Origin: Xylella taiwanensis
Lineage (GTDB): Bacteria; Pseudomonadota; Gammaproteobacteria; Xanthomonadales; Xanthomonadaceae
Direction of reading: 5' to 3'
Length of the DNA: 32,000 nucleotides
Assembly (NCBI RefSeq): GCF_013177435.1
Contig: NZ_CP053627.1
Coordinates: 1,800,001 to 1,832,000 of the forward strand
Position numbers and translations under genes: made by a program. Of this stretch, positions 19,464 through 28,785 are shown in pieces. Positions within the stretch are counted from its first letter, which is position 1; each line of letters opens with the position of its first letter. The notes beneath the pieces were generated by a model. It saw nothing but the letters and a program-made list of their open reading frames with translations. It did not search any database and was not told where the DNA came from.

Positions 19464-20279
19464 CTATTGCTTGTGTTGCTCTTGTTGTTGCTGGAGTTGA
19501 CCTCGGCGCGCCTCAATACGCTCACGGATGGCACGTATCTGTGCCTCAATGGGCTGTGACATGTGCATCGTATTAGCTTGCGGCACTGTCACTGCAGCCG
19601 GTTGCTGCCCTCCCGGAACCCTGCCACTTTGTGAAGCAGACACACTAGGCTGTACTGAAGCTGCAGAGGAGGCCTCAGATGGGGCGGACGCAACATGATT
19701 CTCACCAGTCGTCGTCACGTTATTCCCAGGAAGATTGGATGTAGGCGTCACGTTATTCGCATTTCTACTGGACATCGGCGGTTGCCCACTCTGGCCGTTG
19801 AACAGTTTTAACTTCAACACGCGGGTACCGCTAGGGCCTTCAATCGTAGCACTACGTGGCTGCAAACCAACCAGACGCCACCCATTGACTGCATCTCCAC
19901 CCAAACGTATCCGTACTGACTGGTTTTGCTCAGTGGTCAACGTTGCCATTTCAAAGTGAGGAGTGATCAGTACACCCGTCAAATGCACGTCGCTGTCAAC
20001 ACTGGTGTTTTCAGCTGCCACCAACAGGAACGGATGTGGTTGGCGGTCCTCGGCAAACACTGAACGTGCAGTAATCTCCCCATAGCGGGCGAATGGACCA
20101 AAGTGCTCGGCTACTAAAGCAGGCAATAGTGGCAAACGCTGCCGGATTAATTGCGGATCGTCCCGCAGTAGTTGTACGCGCCTTCCCATGCCTACCAGCG
20201 CCAGCATACAGATTAAGGCAGCCCAGCCCGCAACCGTGGCAAACAACCAAGTCCATATTGAAAAGGCATCAATCCGCAT
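19464..20279 (-). CDS. xpsN: T2SS inner-membrane component XpsN (GspC-class)
   Basis: Lies between gspM-like and gspD-like genes as in Xanthomonas xps clusters. One N-terminal TM segment (FSIWTWLFATVAGWAALICMLALVG), an S/P/N-rich linker and a Q/R-rich C-terminal helix. I placed the start at ATG 20279 (GGGAG upstream, 11-nt overlap with xpsM) rather than the track start 20318. The call is mostly by position. Confidence 0.6.
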   Translation of the reverse strand: MRIDAFSIWTWLFATVAGWAALICMLALVGMGRRVQLLRDDPQLIRQRLPLLPALVAEHFGPFARYGEITARSVFAEDRQPHPFLLVAAENTSVDSDVHLTGVLITPHFEMATLTTEQNQSVRIRLGGDAVNGWRLVGLQPRSATIEGPSGTRVLKLKLFNGQSGQPPMSSRNANNVTPTSNLPGNNVTTTGENHVASAPSEASSAASVQPSVSASQSGRVPGGQQPAAVTVPQANTMHMSQPIEAQIRAIRERIEARRGQLQQQQEQHKQ

Positions 20280-20901
20280 TACTGCTCCCTTGCGGCAACG
20301 AAGCGGGCTTCTGCTCACTGCCGGGACGTAGAAAACCAGCCAATTCGAAAGCTACATCCAGTCCATGACCACTCTCATTAGGTGAGAGCGGATAACGCTG
20401 CGCCATGACATTAAGATTGTTCACGAACAAACGTGGGCTGCCACTTTCCAAGCTATACAACACTAACGCCAGCTCCGGTGTGCCGCAGCGCAGACGTACC
20501 TGCACCGCCACGCGCACAAAACGGTCGTGCGTATCCGGCTGCATTGGCGAGCGGTTGATAATGACACAGCTGCGGTTACCCGGGCTGGCATCGTTCACGA
20601 CCCCCTCCAGTCGCTGCACCAAACCAGCCGAAGCAAGCTCAGCCGATGGCTCGGGCAGGAAACCCGGACGCGACTGCAATACCATCTGAATACGACGCAA
20701 TTGCTCGTCCACCTTCGGGCCCTGTTGCAGCTGCGAACGCACCTTCAATTCGCGGTCACGCAGCGCCTGGATCTGTTGCTGTATGATCAACATCGGTCGA
20801 GTAAACCAAGGATGGACCAGCAACATGTAGAGCACAGACAACATTAGAAACAGCAGACCAAGCGCCCACCAACGATCGGGATTAACGTTGTGCATGGCCA
20901 T
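20269..20901 (-). CDS. xpsM: T2SS protein XpsM (GspM)
   Basis: 210 aa. A short cytoplasmic N-terminus, then a TM segment (WWALGLLFLMLSVLYMLLV) and a periplasmic domain. GAAGGAGG lies 7 nt upstream of the ATG. It overlaps the xpsL stop by 20 nt. Confidence 0.8.
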   Translation of the reverse strand: MAMHNVNPDRWWALGLLFLMLSVLYMLLVHPWFTRPMLIIQQQIQALRDRELKVRSQLQQGPKVDEQLRRIQMVLQSRPGFLPEPSAELASAGLVQRLEGVVNDASPGNRSCVIINRSPMQPDTHDRFVRVAVQVRLRCGTPELALVLYSLESGSPRLFVNNLNVMAQRYPLSPNESGHGLDVAFELAGFLRPGSEQKPASLPQGSSNAD

Positions 20902-22009
20902 CAGCAGCCTCCTTCATCGGAACCACGCCAGTCAATTCTGCGGTGATGACGAAACGGTCTACACTGCTTCCCACATTACTCTGCAGCACACTGGTCAATG
21001 AGGGCGTGCGCCATAATCTGCAACCTTCCAGGCGACGCACCAACGAGGATGCCTCATTACTCATGCCCATCAGATGCAATTGTCCGTCCTCAATCGCAAA
21101 TTTTTCCAAATAGGTGCCGTTCGGCAGGCGTCGGCTCAATTCGTCCCAGATTTCGATTGCTCTCGGGCGCGCAGCGCGGCGTTCATCAAGGAAGCGCATA
21201 CCGTCAACCAGCGCGATCAACTGCTGACGTTCAGCCGCAACGCGCCGTGCACTGGCGGTATGAGTCTGCACATGCATGTGCAGCTCCTCAGCCACACGAA
21301 TGCGATTATTCAACAACAGTGCCCCGGCAGTAGCAGTCCACAACAGCGCAACTGCGACCAAAACCAGATTCCAACGTCGCATCGGGTCAAGGAACCGCCG
21401 CCGCTGCACGGGCGGCAACAAATTCACATCCAACGGTTGGCCCTGGACATCAGCCACATCGATACCCGCCAGAGTGACGCCCCATTCCGTAGGCACACCG
21501 TCAGGACCGTCAACCAAACGCCGTGGCACCACAACCAACTCCGTTTCCAATTGAGCATCGTCATGCTTTTGCAATAGACGCACATCGTAATAGACCTGCT
21601 CGGCGTGGAAAGGCGTTTGACGATCGATCTCGAAGCGCACCACGTCATGCAGACGCTGCGCCGCCGCGACAGGTAAACGCAACGATCGACGCAGCGCACT
21701 GGCCGCAGGCAGCAACCAGTGCCGCGGTAGTATCTTCAACTTCGGTAATAACACCCCGGTCAGTTCCTGAGGGGTGATCGGCCACGGCACCTGTACCAGC
21801 GGTTCAAGTACATCGCCAGACTGACGTACCAAGTGCAAGCCATCTGCCTGTAGAGAAAGCAGGAGACGCTCTGGCACCAGCCCCATCTGCACACGGCAGC
21901 GCACTGGCAACCAAGCCAACAGCGACTGCCGCCACCATTGCCAGAATCCATCAACGCCGGGGGCAATATTTACCCCGAACCACCTCAGACTCCCCCACCA
22001 TGTGCTCAT
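20882..22009 (-). CDS. xpsL: T2SS protein XpsL (GspL)
   Basis: The track ORF 20882..22033 begins at a TTG. I chose ATG 22009 ([13 protein letters not shown]...) because the same ATGA stop/start overlap is seen at the intact xpsK stop (22718-22721). About 375 aa with a mid-protein TM segment (WNLVLVAVALLWTATAGALLL). Confidence 0.8.
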   Translation of the reverse strand: MSTWWGSLRWFGVNIAPGVDGFWQWWRQSLLAWLPVRCRVQMGLVPERLLLSLQADGLHLVRQSGDVLEPLVQVPWPITPQELTGVLLPKLKILPRHWLLPAASALRRSLRLPVAAAQRLHDVVRFEIDRQTPFHAEQVYYDVRLLQKHDDAQLETELVVVPRRLVDGPDGVPTEWGVTLAGIDVADVQGQPLDVNLLPPVQRRRFLDPMRRWNLVLVAVALLWTATAGALLLNNRIRVAEELHMHVQTHTASARRVAAERQQLIALVDGMRFLDERRAARPRAIEIWDELSRRLPNGTYLEKFAIEDGQLHLMGMSNEASSLVRRLEGCRLWRTPSLTSVLQSNVGSSVDRFVITAELTGVVPMKEAADGHAQR

Positions 22010-22349
22010 TGCCATACCACTCTCTCTTTCCAACGCAAAATGGTGTAGGTCATTACCGGTATGCGAACACTACCCATACGGAAGACCGCGCTTAACATGG
22101 CTTCGCGTCCCTGAACCAAGCGTACCTTGCTCTCAATACTATAGGTGCCACTGCCCGTCTGTTTGCTCGCATCTGATGCAAAAAACTGCTGACGCTGGGC
22201 CAGCACCGGTGCTGGCGCACAACGTACATCTGGCTTCAAGTTCCCACTGTAGATGGTGACGTTAGGCAGCATCCGCCGATACAGATCCGTATCCATCTCT
22301 CACACCAAACGCAATTGATACTCTACGAAAGGATTGTCCTTCGCTCCAT
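22006..22349 (-). pseudogene. xpsK 3' remnant (duplicate of the last ~380 bp of xpsK)
   Basis: Aligns by eye to 22718-23097 at roughly 90% identity, with 33-bp and 3-bp deletions. It still has a 96-codon open frame (22006..22296, [32 protein letters not shown]...). A TGA lies two codons upstream of that ATG. Confidence 0.85.
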
Positions 22350-22354
22350 CGCAA

Positions 22355-22446
22355 CAAAATCTGAATACGGCACAATTGCTCGGCCACCTTCAGGCCCTGT
22401 TGCAGCTGCGAACGCACTATCAATTCACGGTCACGCAGCACCTGAA
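22355..22446 (-). pseudogene. xpsM internal fragment
   Basis: Aligns to about 20683-20775 (encodes LRDRELIVRSQLQQGLKVAEQLCRIQ versus XpsM LRDRELKVRSQLQQGPKVDEQLRRIQ). It has no start codon or RBS. Confidence 0.8.
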
Positions 22447-22721
22447 ACAGCAACCCCTTTTATCGGACTCACCCCAATCTAATTCTGCGGTGATGACGAA
22501 ACGGTTCACACTGCTTCCCACATTACTCTGCAGCACACTGGTCAATGACGGCGTGCGTCATAAAAGAAAGCAGTAGACGCTCTGACACCAGCCCCATCTG
22601 CACACCACAGCGCACTAATAACCAAGCCACCAACGACTGCCGCCACCATTGCCAGAATCCAGCAACGCCGGGGGGTAATATTCACACCGAACCACCTCAG
22701 ACTGCCCCACCATGTGCTCAT
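22447..22721 (-). pseudogene. xpsL remnant: 5' piece fused to 3' piece, with ~0.8-kb internal deletion and a frameshift
   Basis: 22564-22721 aligns to 21852-22009 ([15 protein letters not shown]...), but a G5 run has become G6 at 22670-22675. 22447-22563 aligns to about 20901-21017 (the xpsL 3' end). Confidence 0.85.
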
Positions 22722-23560
22722 TGCAATGCCACTCCCTCTTCCCAACGCAAAATGGTGTAGGTCATTCCCGGTATGCGAGCACTGCCCATGCGGACGACTG
22801 CGCGTAACATGGCTCCGCGTCCCTGAGCCAATCGTACCTTGCTCTCAATACTGTAGGTGCCACTGCCCTTCTGTTTGCTCGCATCTGACGCAAAAAACTG
22901 CTGACGCTGGGCCAGCACCGCCCCAACGTCCTGCCCCAATGCGGTCAGCACCGGGGCAGGCGCACAACGTACATCTGGCTTCAAGTTCCCACTGTAGATG
23001 GTGACGTTAGGCAACATCCGCCGATACAGATCCGTATCCATACCTAATACCAAACGCAATTCACCGATGCTCTCGAAAGGACTGTCCTTCGCTCCATAGG
23101 GCAGACCAGCCGCAGCATAATCTGGATCTTCAGCACCACCAGGCGACACCAAGTGATCGGTATCGCGCCAATCAATGATTGCTCCAGCCAGCCGCGCAGC
23201 ACGCTCAACGTCAACACCCAATGCACGAATCAAAGCGGTTAACAGTTGCAGATCAGCAACGTTCAAATCGACCTTACCGCTCTCATCACTCATCCGCATC
23301 TGCAGCGTGGCATCGGCGTAACGCCAATCGTAGGAGCGTCCATCAAGGATCCAAGGCACCTGGGTCGGATTGCTGCCCTGCAGCCGAGACACCGCGTATT
23401 CCAGCCCGGCGCGTGCGACTTCCTGGGCCTGCGCACCACTCACCAGAACCGAACCCTGCAGGTGTTCGATCCGGGCTGAGAGTGCGAACACACCAATCAT
23501 GGCCGTCAACAGCGCTACCAGCCATAACACCACGATCAATGCAGCGCCGCGAGCGCGCAT
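22718..23560 (-). CDS. xpsK: T2SS minor pseudopilin XpsK (GspK)
   Basis: The track ORF is 22718..23617. I placed the start at ATG 23560 ([21 protein letters not shown]), 2 nt after the xpsJ stop. About 280 aa, with a GspK-like N-terminal hydrophobic segment and no conserved Glu+5. Confidence 0.85.
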   Translation of the reverse strand: MRARGAALIVVLWLVALLTAMIGVFALSARIEHLQGSVLVSGAQAQEVARAGLEYAVSRLQGSNPTQVPWILDGRSYDWRYADATLQMRMSDESGKVDLNVADLQLLTALIRALGVDVERAARLAGAIIDWRDTDHLVSPGGAEDPDYAAAGLPYGAKDSPFESIGELRLVLGMDTDLYRRMLPNVTIYSGNLKPDVRCAPAPVLTALGQDVGAVLAQRQQFFASDASKQKGSGTYSIESKVRLAQGRGAMLRAVVRMGSARIPGMTYTILRWEEGVALQ

Positions 23561-23562
23561 CA

Positions 23563-24189
23563 CTAGTTCACTCCCTCGGCTCCAGACTGCATCAGCGCCA
23601 CAACCAGTGTTGGCCACAACGCAATATCATCTTTGATCTGCACAGCAACTAAAACTGGCAATTGATCCGGAGATGGCCAAGTAGACAGCCAAGGGCCAAG
23701 TTGATGACGCTCCTGATCCCAACCGCGATAGCGGAAATGCACTTCGTGCAGGCCATCAACAAGCAGTTCCGGCGGCAAGGACACATCATCCTGAACAGTC
23801 TTAGCGGGTTGCAACATGGTCAGTGCGATACGCAGTTGGCGCTGCGCCCCACTCTCGGCCACATTAATATCGTGTAAGTAAGGACCACCACGGCCGAGAT
23901 AATCCGGTACATCAGCGACAAAACGCATCCGCTGCGCCTCCCCCATGAACAACAACGGCACCTGCCGCTCCTTATCTTCCGCCATCGCCAACGGTAATGC
24001 GCTCATCAAACGCCGCCGCAAAAACAACTCCACTGCCCGCATACGCTCGTTGCGGGAAGCGAGCGCCTCATTGCGTCGGCTCACTATGCTGACCGAGTGC
24101 AACGTAACAAAAGCCAACGTAAGACCGCTCGCCAGTAGTACTGTCGCCAAAAGCACTTCAATCAGGCTGAAACCACGCATCCGCCTCAT
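23563..24189 (-). CDS. xpsJ: T2SS minor pseudopilin XpsJ (GspJ)
   Basis: I placed the start at ATG 24189, which makes an ATGA overlap with the xpsI stop. It has a prepilin-type leader [15 protein letters not shown]. About 208 aa. Confidence 0.85.
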   Translation of the reverse strand: MRRMRGFSLIEVLLATVLLASGLTLAFVTLHSVSIVSRRNEALASRNERMRAVELFLRRRLMSALPLAMAEDKERQVPLLFMGEAQRMRFVADVPDYLGRGGPYLHDINVAESGAQRQLRIALTMLQPAKTVQDDVSLPPELLVDGLHEVHFRYRGWDQERHQLGPWLSTWPSPDQLPVLVAVQIKDDIALWPTLVVALMQSGAEGVN

Positions 24190-24584
24190 GGTTCGTCCCC
24201 ACGGGATTGCAGACGCACAAAACGCAATGTCCGCCACTGCAAAGATTGATCAGGACCATCGCCCCAGCGCACTGAAAGGATCAATTCCAGCAATCGGGCA
24301 CCATCAGATGAAGGTGGTGAATTGTCATAGGGTCGAGTCTCTAACATCCAACGAAAACGGCCGTTTTCAAACTCGCCCTCCTGGTGTTGTAAACGCAGCG
24401 GCACAGCGATCCCTTGTTGGGCGAGCAACGACTGCGCGTACAACGTCGCATGCGAGGCCAAATCAGCACGATGCACCTGGCGGGTTGCACTTGTCAGTGT
24501 GCCGAGCAGGAAGCTCAGCGCCAACGCGAGAATCGCAAACGCCAGGATCACTTCCAGCAAACTGTAACCACGCTGACACTTCAT
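24186..24584 (-). CDS. xpsI: T2SS minor pseudopilin XpsI (GspI)
   Basis: 132 aa with leader MKCQRG/YSLLEVILAFAILA. It has 4-nt overlaps with both xpsH and xpsJ. Confidence 0.87.
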   Translation of the reverse strand: MKCQRGYSLLEVILAFAILALALSFLLGTLTSATRQVHRADLASHATLYAQSLLAQQGIAVPLRLQHQEGEFENGRFRWMLETRPYDNSPPSSDGARLLELILSVRWGDGPDQSLQWRTLRFVRLQSRGDEP

Positions 24585-25087
24585 AATGCTGCAGACGTTC
24601 GCAGCGGACCGGAACGCACCTCGCCTGTGATCCAGCCCACATCAATACGCCAATACGCCCCCTTGATCTCCAGATCGATACGTCCACCGCTGGAAGCACC
24701 ATCGTCGAAGAACTGAATCACGCCCTCGCCCGATGGCGTTTGCAACTGGTGCGCACCAATGAAACGAATCTGCAATTCACCAGGCAGTTCGCCGCGATGG
24801 CCATTCGGTGCCTGCCATCGCCGTCGCTGTGGATCGATCGTAAAGCGCTGCGCGGTCCCCGTAGCCAACGCCAGGGTACGTGTATAACGCAGCTGCGCAG
24901 CGAGTTGCTTGCCACTGCTGCGCAGCTGAACACCGTCCATGCCACCCGCCAACACCGCAACAGCAAGCACACTGATCAGCGCGATCAAACCAATCACCAG
25001 TAGCATTTCCAACAATGAAACACCATGTGCATACATCGCCGCACATCGAGACTGCTGACAACGCAATGGAACAGAGCGAGACAACAT
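24581..25087 (-). CDS. xpsH: T2SS minor pseudopilin XpsH (GspH)
   Basis: 168 aa with prepilin-like ...AHG/VSLLEMLLVIGLIAL. The start is uncertain: ATG 25087 or ATG 25036, and neither has a clear RBS. Confidence 0.8.
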   Translation of the reverse strand: MLSRSVPLRCQQSRCAAMYAHGVSLLEMLLVIGLIALISVLAVAVLAGGMDGVQLRSSGKQLAAQLRYTRTLALATGTAQRFTIDPQRRRWQAPNGHRGELPGELQIRFIGAHQLQTPSGEGVIQFFDDGASSGGRIDLEIKGAYWRIDVGWITGEVRSGPLRTSAAL

Positions 25088-25092
25088 GCCGC

Positions 25093-25527
25093 TTATTCGT
25101 ACTTGATGTCGGCATCGTAGCTAGATCCTCCAGGTTTACCATCCTTGCCCAGGCTGATTAGATCAAATGGCCGACCCTCACCAGGCACATGGTACTGAAT
25201 CGCATGCCCCCAGGGATCGTTCAATTCAGCAGGTTTAGCATAGGGACCGAGCCAATTGCTCACACCACCAGGGGGAATCACTAAATCGTTCAACCCGCCT
25301 GGCAACTTACCCGTGTCGAGCTGATAGTTCTCAATTTTTCCCGCCAAGGTTTGAATCTGCGACTTGACCAGATTGGCCTTGCCACGATCAGCACCACCAA
25401 GCACACGACTGCCAACAAATGCGATCACCCCACCGATCAATACAATGACGATGATGATCTCCAGCAGACTCATACCAGCTTGGCGCATCTGCGCTGGACT
25501 ACACGTGATAGAGCGTCGGTTTACCAT
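25093..25527 (-). CDS. xpsG: T2SS major pseudopilin XpsG (GspG)
   Basis: 144 aa. Leader ...RQAG/MSLLEIIIVIVLIG, plus conserved GspG blocks (QLDTGKLP, DPWGHAIQY, LISLGKDG). GAGG RBS. Confidence 0.93.
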   Translation of the reverse strand: MVNRRSITCSPAQMRQAGMSLLEIIIVIVLIGGVIAFVGSRVLGGADRGKANLVKSQIQTLAGKIENYQLDTGKLPGGLNDLVIPPGGVSNWLGPYAKPAELNDPWGHAIQYHVPGEGRPFDLISLGKDGKPGGSSYDADIKYE

Positions 25528-25691
25528 CGCTGCAACCTCAAGAAAGATAATAAGAAATAGATGCAGAACGCACCCGTATCATGTTAAGAAACGGAGCTGA
25601 TTGGCAGTCAAGGTACTCGCCAACAAACAATGACAGAACATCCAAGGTACGAAACAACGCAACGCACGTGAAGCACACACTCAGCGTCATA

Positions 25692-26909
25692 TCAGCCAAT
25701 TGAATTGGTCAGGTCGTACAACGGCACCAGGACCGACAGAATCACCACAGCGATGATCATCGCCATCACCAGCGTAATGGCTGGCACCAGCGCGGCGAGC
25801 AAGCGATCAATCATCACCGTGGTCTCCTGCTCAAAGGCGCTTGCCGCCTTGAGCAGCATCGTATCCAGTGTACCGGACTCCTCACCAACCTGGATCATCT
25901 GCACCGCCAAGCGTGGGAAACGCTTACCACGCGCCAACGCTCCTGCCAATCCCAGCCCGTTTTTCACATCTTCAGCAACGATACCGAGATCATCAACCAA
26001 CGCCGCATTAGACAACACGTTGCGGGAAATCCCCAACGCACTTAGCAAAGGCACACCGTTACGCAGCAACGTGCCCAATGTACGTGCCAACCGAGCAGTC
26101 TCCAACTTGGCAATGAGCGTACCCAATAGACGTTGACGCAGTAACCACGTATCGAACCTCGCACGGAATGCAACATCCCGTCGCTTACGCTCAACAAGAA
26201 TCACCCCTGTGCAAATCGCCACTAACAGTAAGAACCACCAAGCACCAATGAAGTGGCCCAATCCCAAGACCCCCCGTGTAAACCACGGTAGCACCACATC
26301 TAAACTCTCATACATCGCACCAAATTGCGGGACAACATAGCCAAGTAGAAAGGCAAGCGCGCCGCCAACCACAAAAATCAGGATCACTGGGTAAATCAAC
26401 GCATTGATCACTTTGGCACGCACCACCTGATTGCGCTCCAGATAGTCAGCCAGCCGCTGCAGGGTCTCGTGCATATTGCCGCCACTCTCACCAGCGCGTG
26501 CCATCGTCACATACAATCTCGAAAACACACCATGCTGGCGTTCCAGTGCAATGGACAACGGAGTACCGCCACGCACGATGTCGTAAATGTCGCCAATAAT
26601 ACGGCGGCTTTTCTCATTATCCGGAAGATCGGTCAAGATCGAGAGCGCACGATCCAGGGGCTGACCAGCGCCAAGCAACGTCGCCAACTGTTGAGTAAAG
26701 TGGATCAGGCCGAGACCAGAGAACGGCTTCTCACTCAGCAGATTACGCAATAACGGTCTTCCCACCTCCCCGGTAGACAAACGCGTCTCAACAGGCAAAT
26801 GTCCCTGTTCCTGCAGCCACGCAGCCACCTCGGCTTCGCTGACTGCTTCCATCTGGCCTTCCAAGACATCACCACGCACGTCCAGCGCCTTATAGCGATA
26901 CAACGGCAT
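25692..26909 (-). CDS. xpsF: T2SS inner-membrane platform protein XpsF (GspF)
   Basis: 405 aa starting MPLYRYKALD. It has a duplicated GspF domain architecture with three TM segments. GAGGT RBS. Confidence 0.94.
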   Translation of the reverse strand: MPLYRYKALDVRGDVLEGQMEAVSEAEVAAWLQEQGHLPVETRLSTGEVGRPLLRNLLSEKPFSGLGLIHFTQQLATLLGAGQPLDRALSILTDLPDNEKSRRIIGDIYDIVRGGTPLSIALERQHGVFSRLYVTMARAGESGGNMHETLQRLADYLERNQVVRAKVINALIYPVILIFVVGGALAFLLGYVVPQFGAMYESLDVVLPWFTRGVLGLGHFIGAWWFLLLVAICTGVILVERKRRDVAFRARFDTWLLRQRLLGTLIAKLETARLARTLGTLLRNGVPLLSALGISRNVLSNAALVDDLGIVAEDVKNGLGLAGALARGKRFPRLAVQMIQVGEESGTLDTMLLKAASAFEQETTVMIDRLLAALVPAITLVMAMIIAVVILSVLVPLYDLTNSIG

Positions 26910-26944
26910 GCGTTATACCTCAACGTCCACTGGCAACCACACCT

Positions 26945-28672
26945 TCAACCTTCCTCCGTCACGCGTAACACTTCCTCAATCGTGGTCTCACCACACAGGG
27001 CTTTGATCAGACCGTCCTCGTACATGGTACGCATGCCTGCCTGACGCGCGATCTCCTCTAACTCGCCTATACCAGCGCGGCGTATCACCGCGCGGCGCAG
27101 CGTGTCATCCATGATCAGAAATTCGACAATCGCCGTGCGACCCAGATACCCTGTTGGCGCCAGTGTTGAGGTGCGCGGCCGGTACAGATAAATATCGCCC
27201 TCTGGCTGTAGACGGCGCAAATCGAAACGCGCGATCTGTTCTGGCGAGGCAAGGTAACGCTCAGCATGCGTAGGCTCCAAGCGACGCACCAGACGCTGGG
27301 CCAAAACACCATTGATGGTGGAAGTCAACAAGTAATCCTCCACACCCATGTCAAGCAATCGGGTAAGACCGCCGGCAGCATTATTAGTGTGCAAGGTAGA
27401 CAGGACCAAGTGACCAGTCAACGCAGACTGGATCGCAATGCGCGCAGTTTCCAGATCTCGCATTTCACCAATCATGATGATGTCTGGGTCCTGGCGCACA
27501 ATGCTGCGTAATGCGCCAGCAAAGTCCAGGCCGATCTGCGGTTTGGCCTGGATCTGATTGATGCCTTCGATCTGGTATTCAACCGGGTCCTCAACCGTAA
27601 TAATCTTGACGCCCGTGGTATTGAGGCGATTTAACACGGTATACAGTGTGGTGGTCTTGCCAGATCCAGTCGGACCAGTGACCAACAAGATGCCATGAGG
27701 CATCTCTAGCACACGACGAAATTTGGTGAATAACTCGTCGGCAAAACCAAGCTTCTGAAAATCGAATACCACCGTCTCACGGTCGAGCAGGCGCATGACC
27801 ACGCTCTCACCATGTGCAGTCGGGACGACACTCACTCGGAGATCCAGCTCTTTGCCCTGAACACGCAACATGATTCGCCCATCCTGGGGTAAGCGGCGTT
27901 CGGCAATGTTAAGTTTAGCCATGATCTTCACACGCGAAATCACCGCAGCAGCCAGCTTGGATGGCGGACTCTCCGCATCAATCAACACGCCATCGACGCG
28001 ATAGCGCACCTTCAGCCGATTCTCGAATGGTTCGATGTGGATATCGGAAGCACGCAGTTCGACCGCGCGCTGGATCACCAAGTTCACCAGCCGAATCACC
28101 GGTGCTTCAGAGGCAAGATCGCGCAAAGTCTCGATATCATCTGCGGGCGCAGCATCGCCATCAGTAGCCTCCACAATCATTCCCATGACGCTACGGCCCT
28201 GGCCATACCAGCGCTCGACCAAGTCGTCAATTTCGGAACGTAGACCGATGCACAGTTGCAATGATGCCCCCGTGGCAAGGCGCAGCGCCTCGATCGCGTA
28301 CGTATTAAATGGATCGGCGACGCACAGTTCCAGCACGCCACCATGCTCAGCAAGTGGGCATAGATGGAACTGTTTGAGAAAGCGAATGGACAGTGCCTGT
28401 ACTTCCGTCGAGAGATCCGGTGGCGTATCGGGCAATTGTCGTACCTCAATCAACAACAAGCCCATCACCGCGGCACACACTTCAGCGTGATCGCGTTCAG
28501 AAACCAAGCCAAGACGACCAAGTAAAGGCAACAATCCAACACCAGATTCAGCCTGCAATTGACGTGCGCGGTACAGATCGCTGTCTTTCAAGCAGCGACG
28601 CTGCAACAACGCATCAATGATGGATGCCTCCACACTCACATTTTCGACAGCAACCTGCATCAATGTATTCAC
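26945..28672 (-). CDS. xpsE: T2SS ATPase XpsE (GspE)
   Basis: 575 aa. Walker A GPTGSGKTT, Asp box, Walker B IIMIGEMRD and His box LTGHLVLSTLHTN. The start is either GTG 28672 or ATG 28660. Confidence 0.95.
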   Translation of the reverse strand: MNTLMQVAVENVSVEASIIDALLQRRCLKDSDLYRARQLQAESGVGLLPLLGRLGLVSERDHAEVCAAVMGLLLIEVRQLPDTPPDLSTEVQALSIRFLKQFHLCPLAEHGGVLELCVADPFNTYAIEALRLATGASLQLCIGLRSEIDDLVERWYGQGRSVMGMIVEATDGDAAPADDIETLRDLASEAPVIRLVNLVIQRAVELRASDIHIEPFENRLKVRYRVDGVLIDAESPPSKLAAAVISRVKIMAKLNIAERRLPQDGRIMLRVQGKELDLRVSVVPTAHGESVVMRLLDRETVVFDFQKLGFADELFTKFRRVLEMPHGILLVTGPTGSGKTTTLYTVLNRLNTTGVKIITVEDPVEYQIEGINQIQAKPQIGLDFAGALRSIVRQDPDIIMIGEMRDLETARIAIQSALTGHLVLSTLHTNNAAGGLTRLLDMGVEDYLLTSTINGVLAQRLVRRLEPTHAERYLASPEQIARFDLRRLQPEGDIYLYRPRTSTLAPTGYLGRTAIVEFLIMDDTLRRAVIRRAGIGELEEIARQAGMRTMYEDGLIKALCGETTIEEVLRVTEEG

Positions 28673-28770
28673 GCAACTCTAAAAATGTGTCGTCGTTATC
28701 TCGACGCATCACGACATCATAAAAAAAACGGCTTATTCATATCTTTAAGAATAATAAACACCAATAAATG

Positions 28771-28785
28771 ATGAGTATTACTCAT
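28771..28785. promoter_or_regulatory. 15-bp perfect palindrome upstream of xpsE (candidate operator)
   Basis: ATGAGTA-T-TACTCAT read directly, about 100 nt upstream of the xpsE start in an AT-rich patch. Confidence 0.2.

Noticed and set aside
22262-22760. ORFs 22262..22453(-), 22334..22576(+), 22542..22745(-) and 22545..22760(+) as possible novel small genes.
   Set aside because: All lie within the pseudogene mosaic. The minus-strand ones are simply readings of xpsM- and xpsL-derived fragments, and the plus-strand ones are their antisense. Only the xpsK-coupled 59-codon ORF is kept, as a low-interest finding.
17083-28620. Many plus-strand ORFs of 60-270 aa antisense to xpsD through xpsE (for example 17998..18522, 18664..19200, 23945..24586, 28035..28490).
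   Set aside because: They are typical long antisense open frames in moderately GC-rich coding DNA, with R/S/P-rich composition and no RBS. Each is fully covered by a recognisable xps gene on the other strand.
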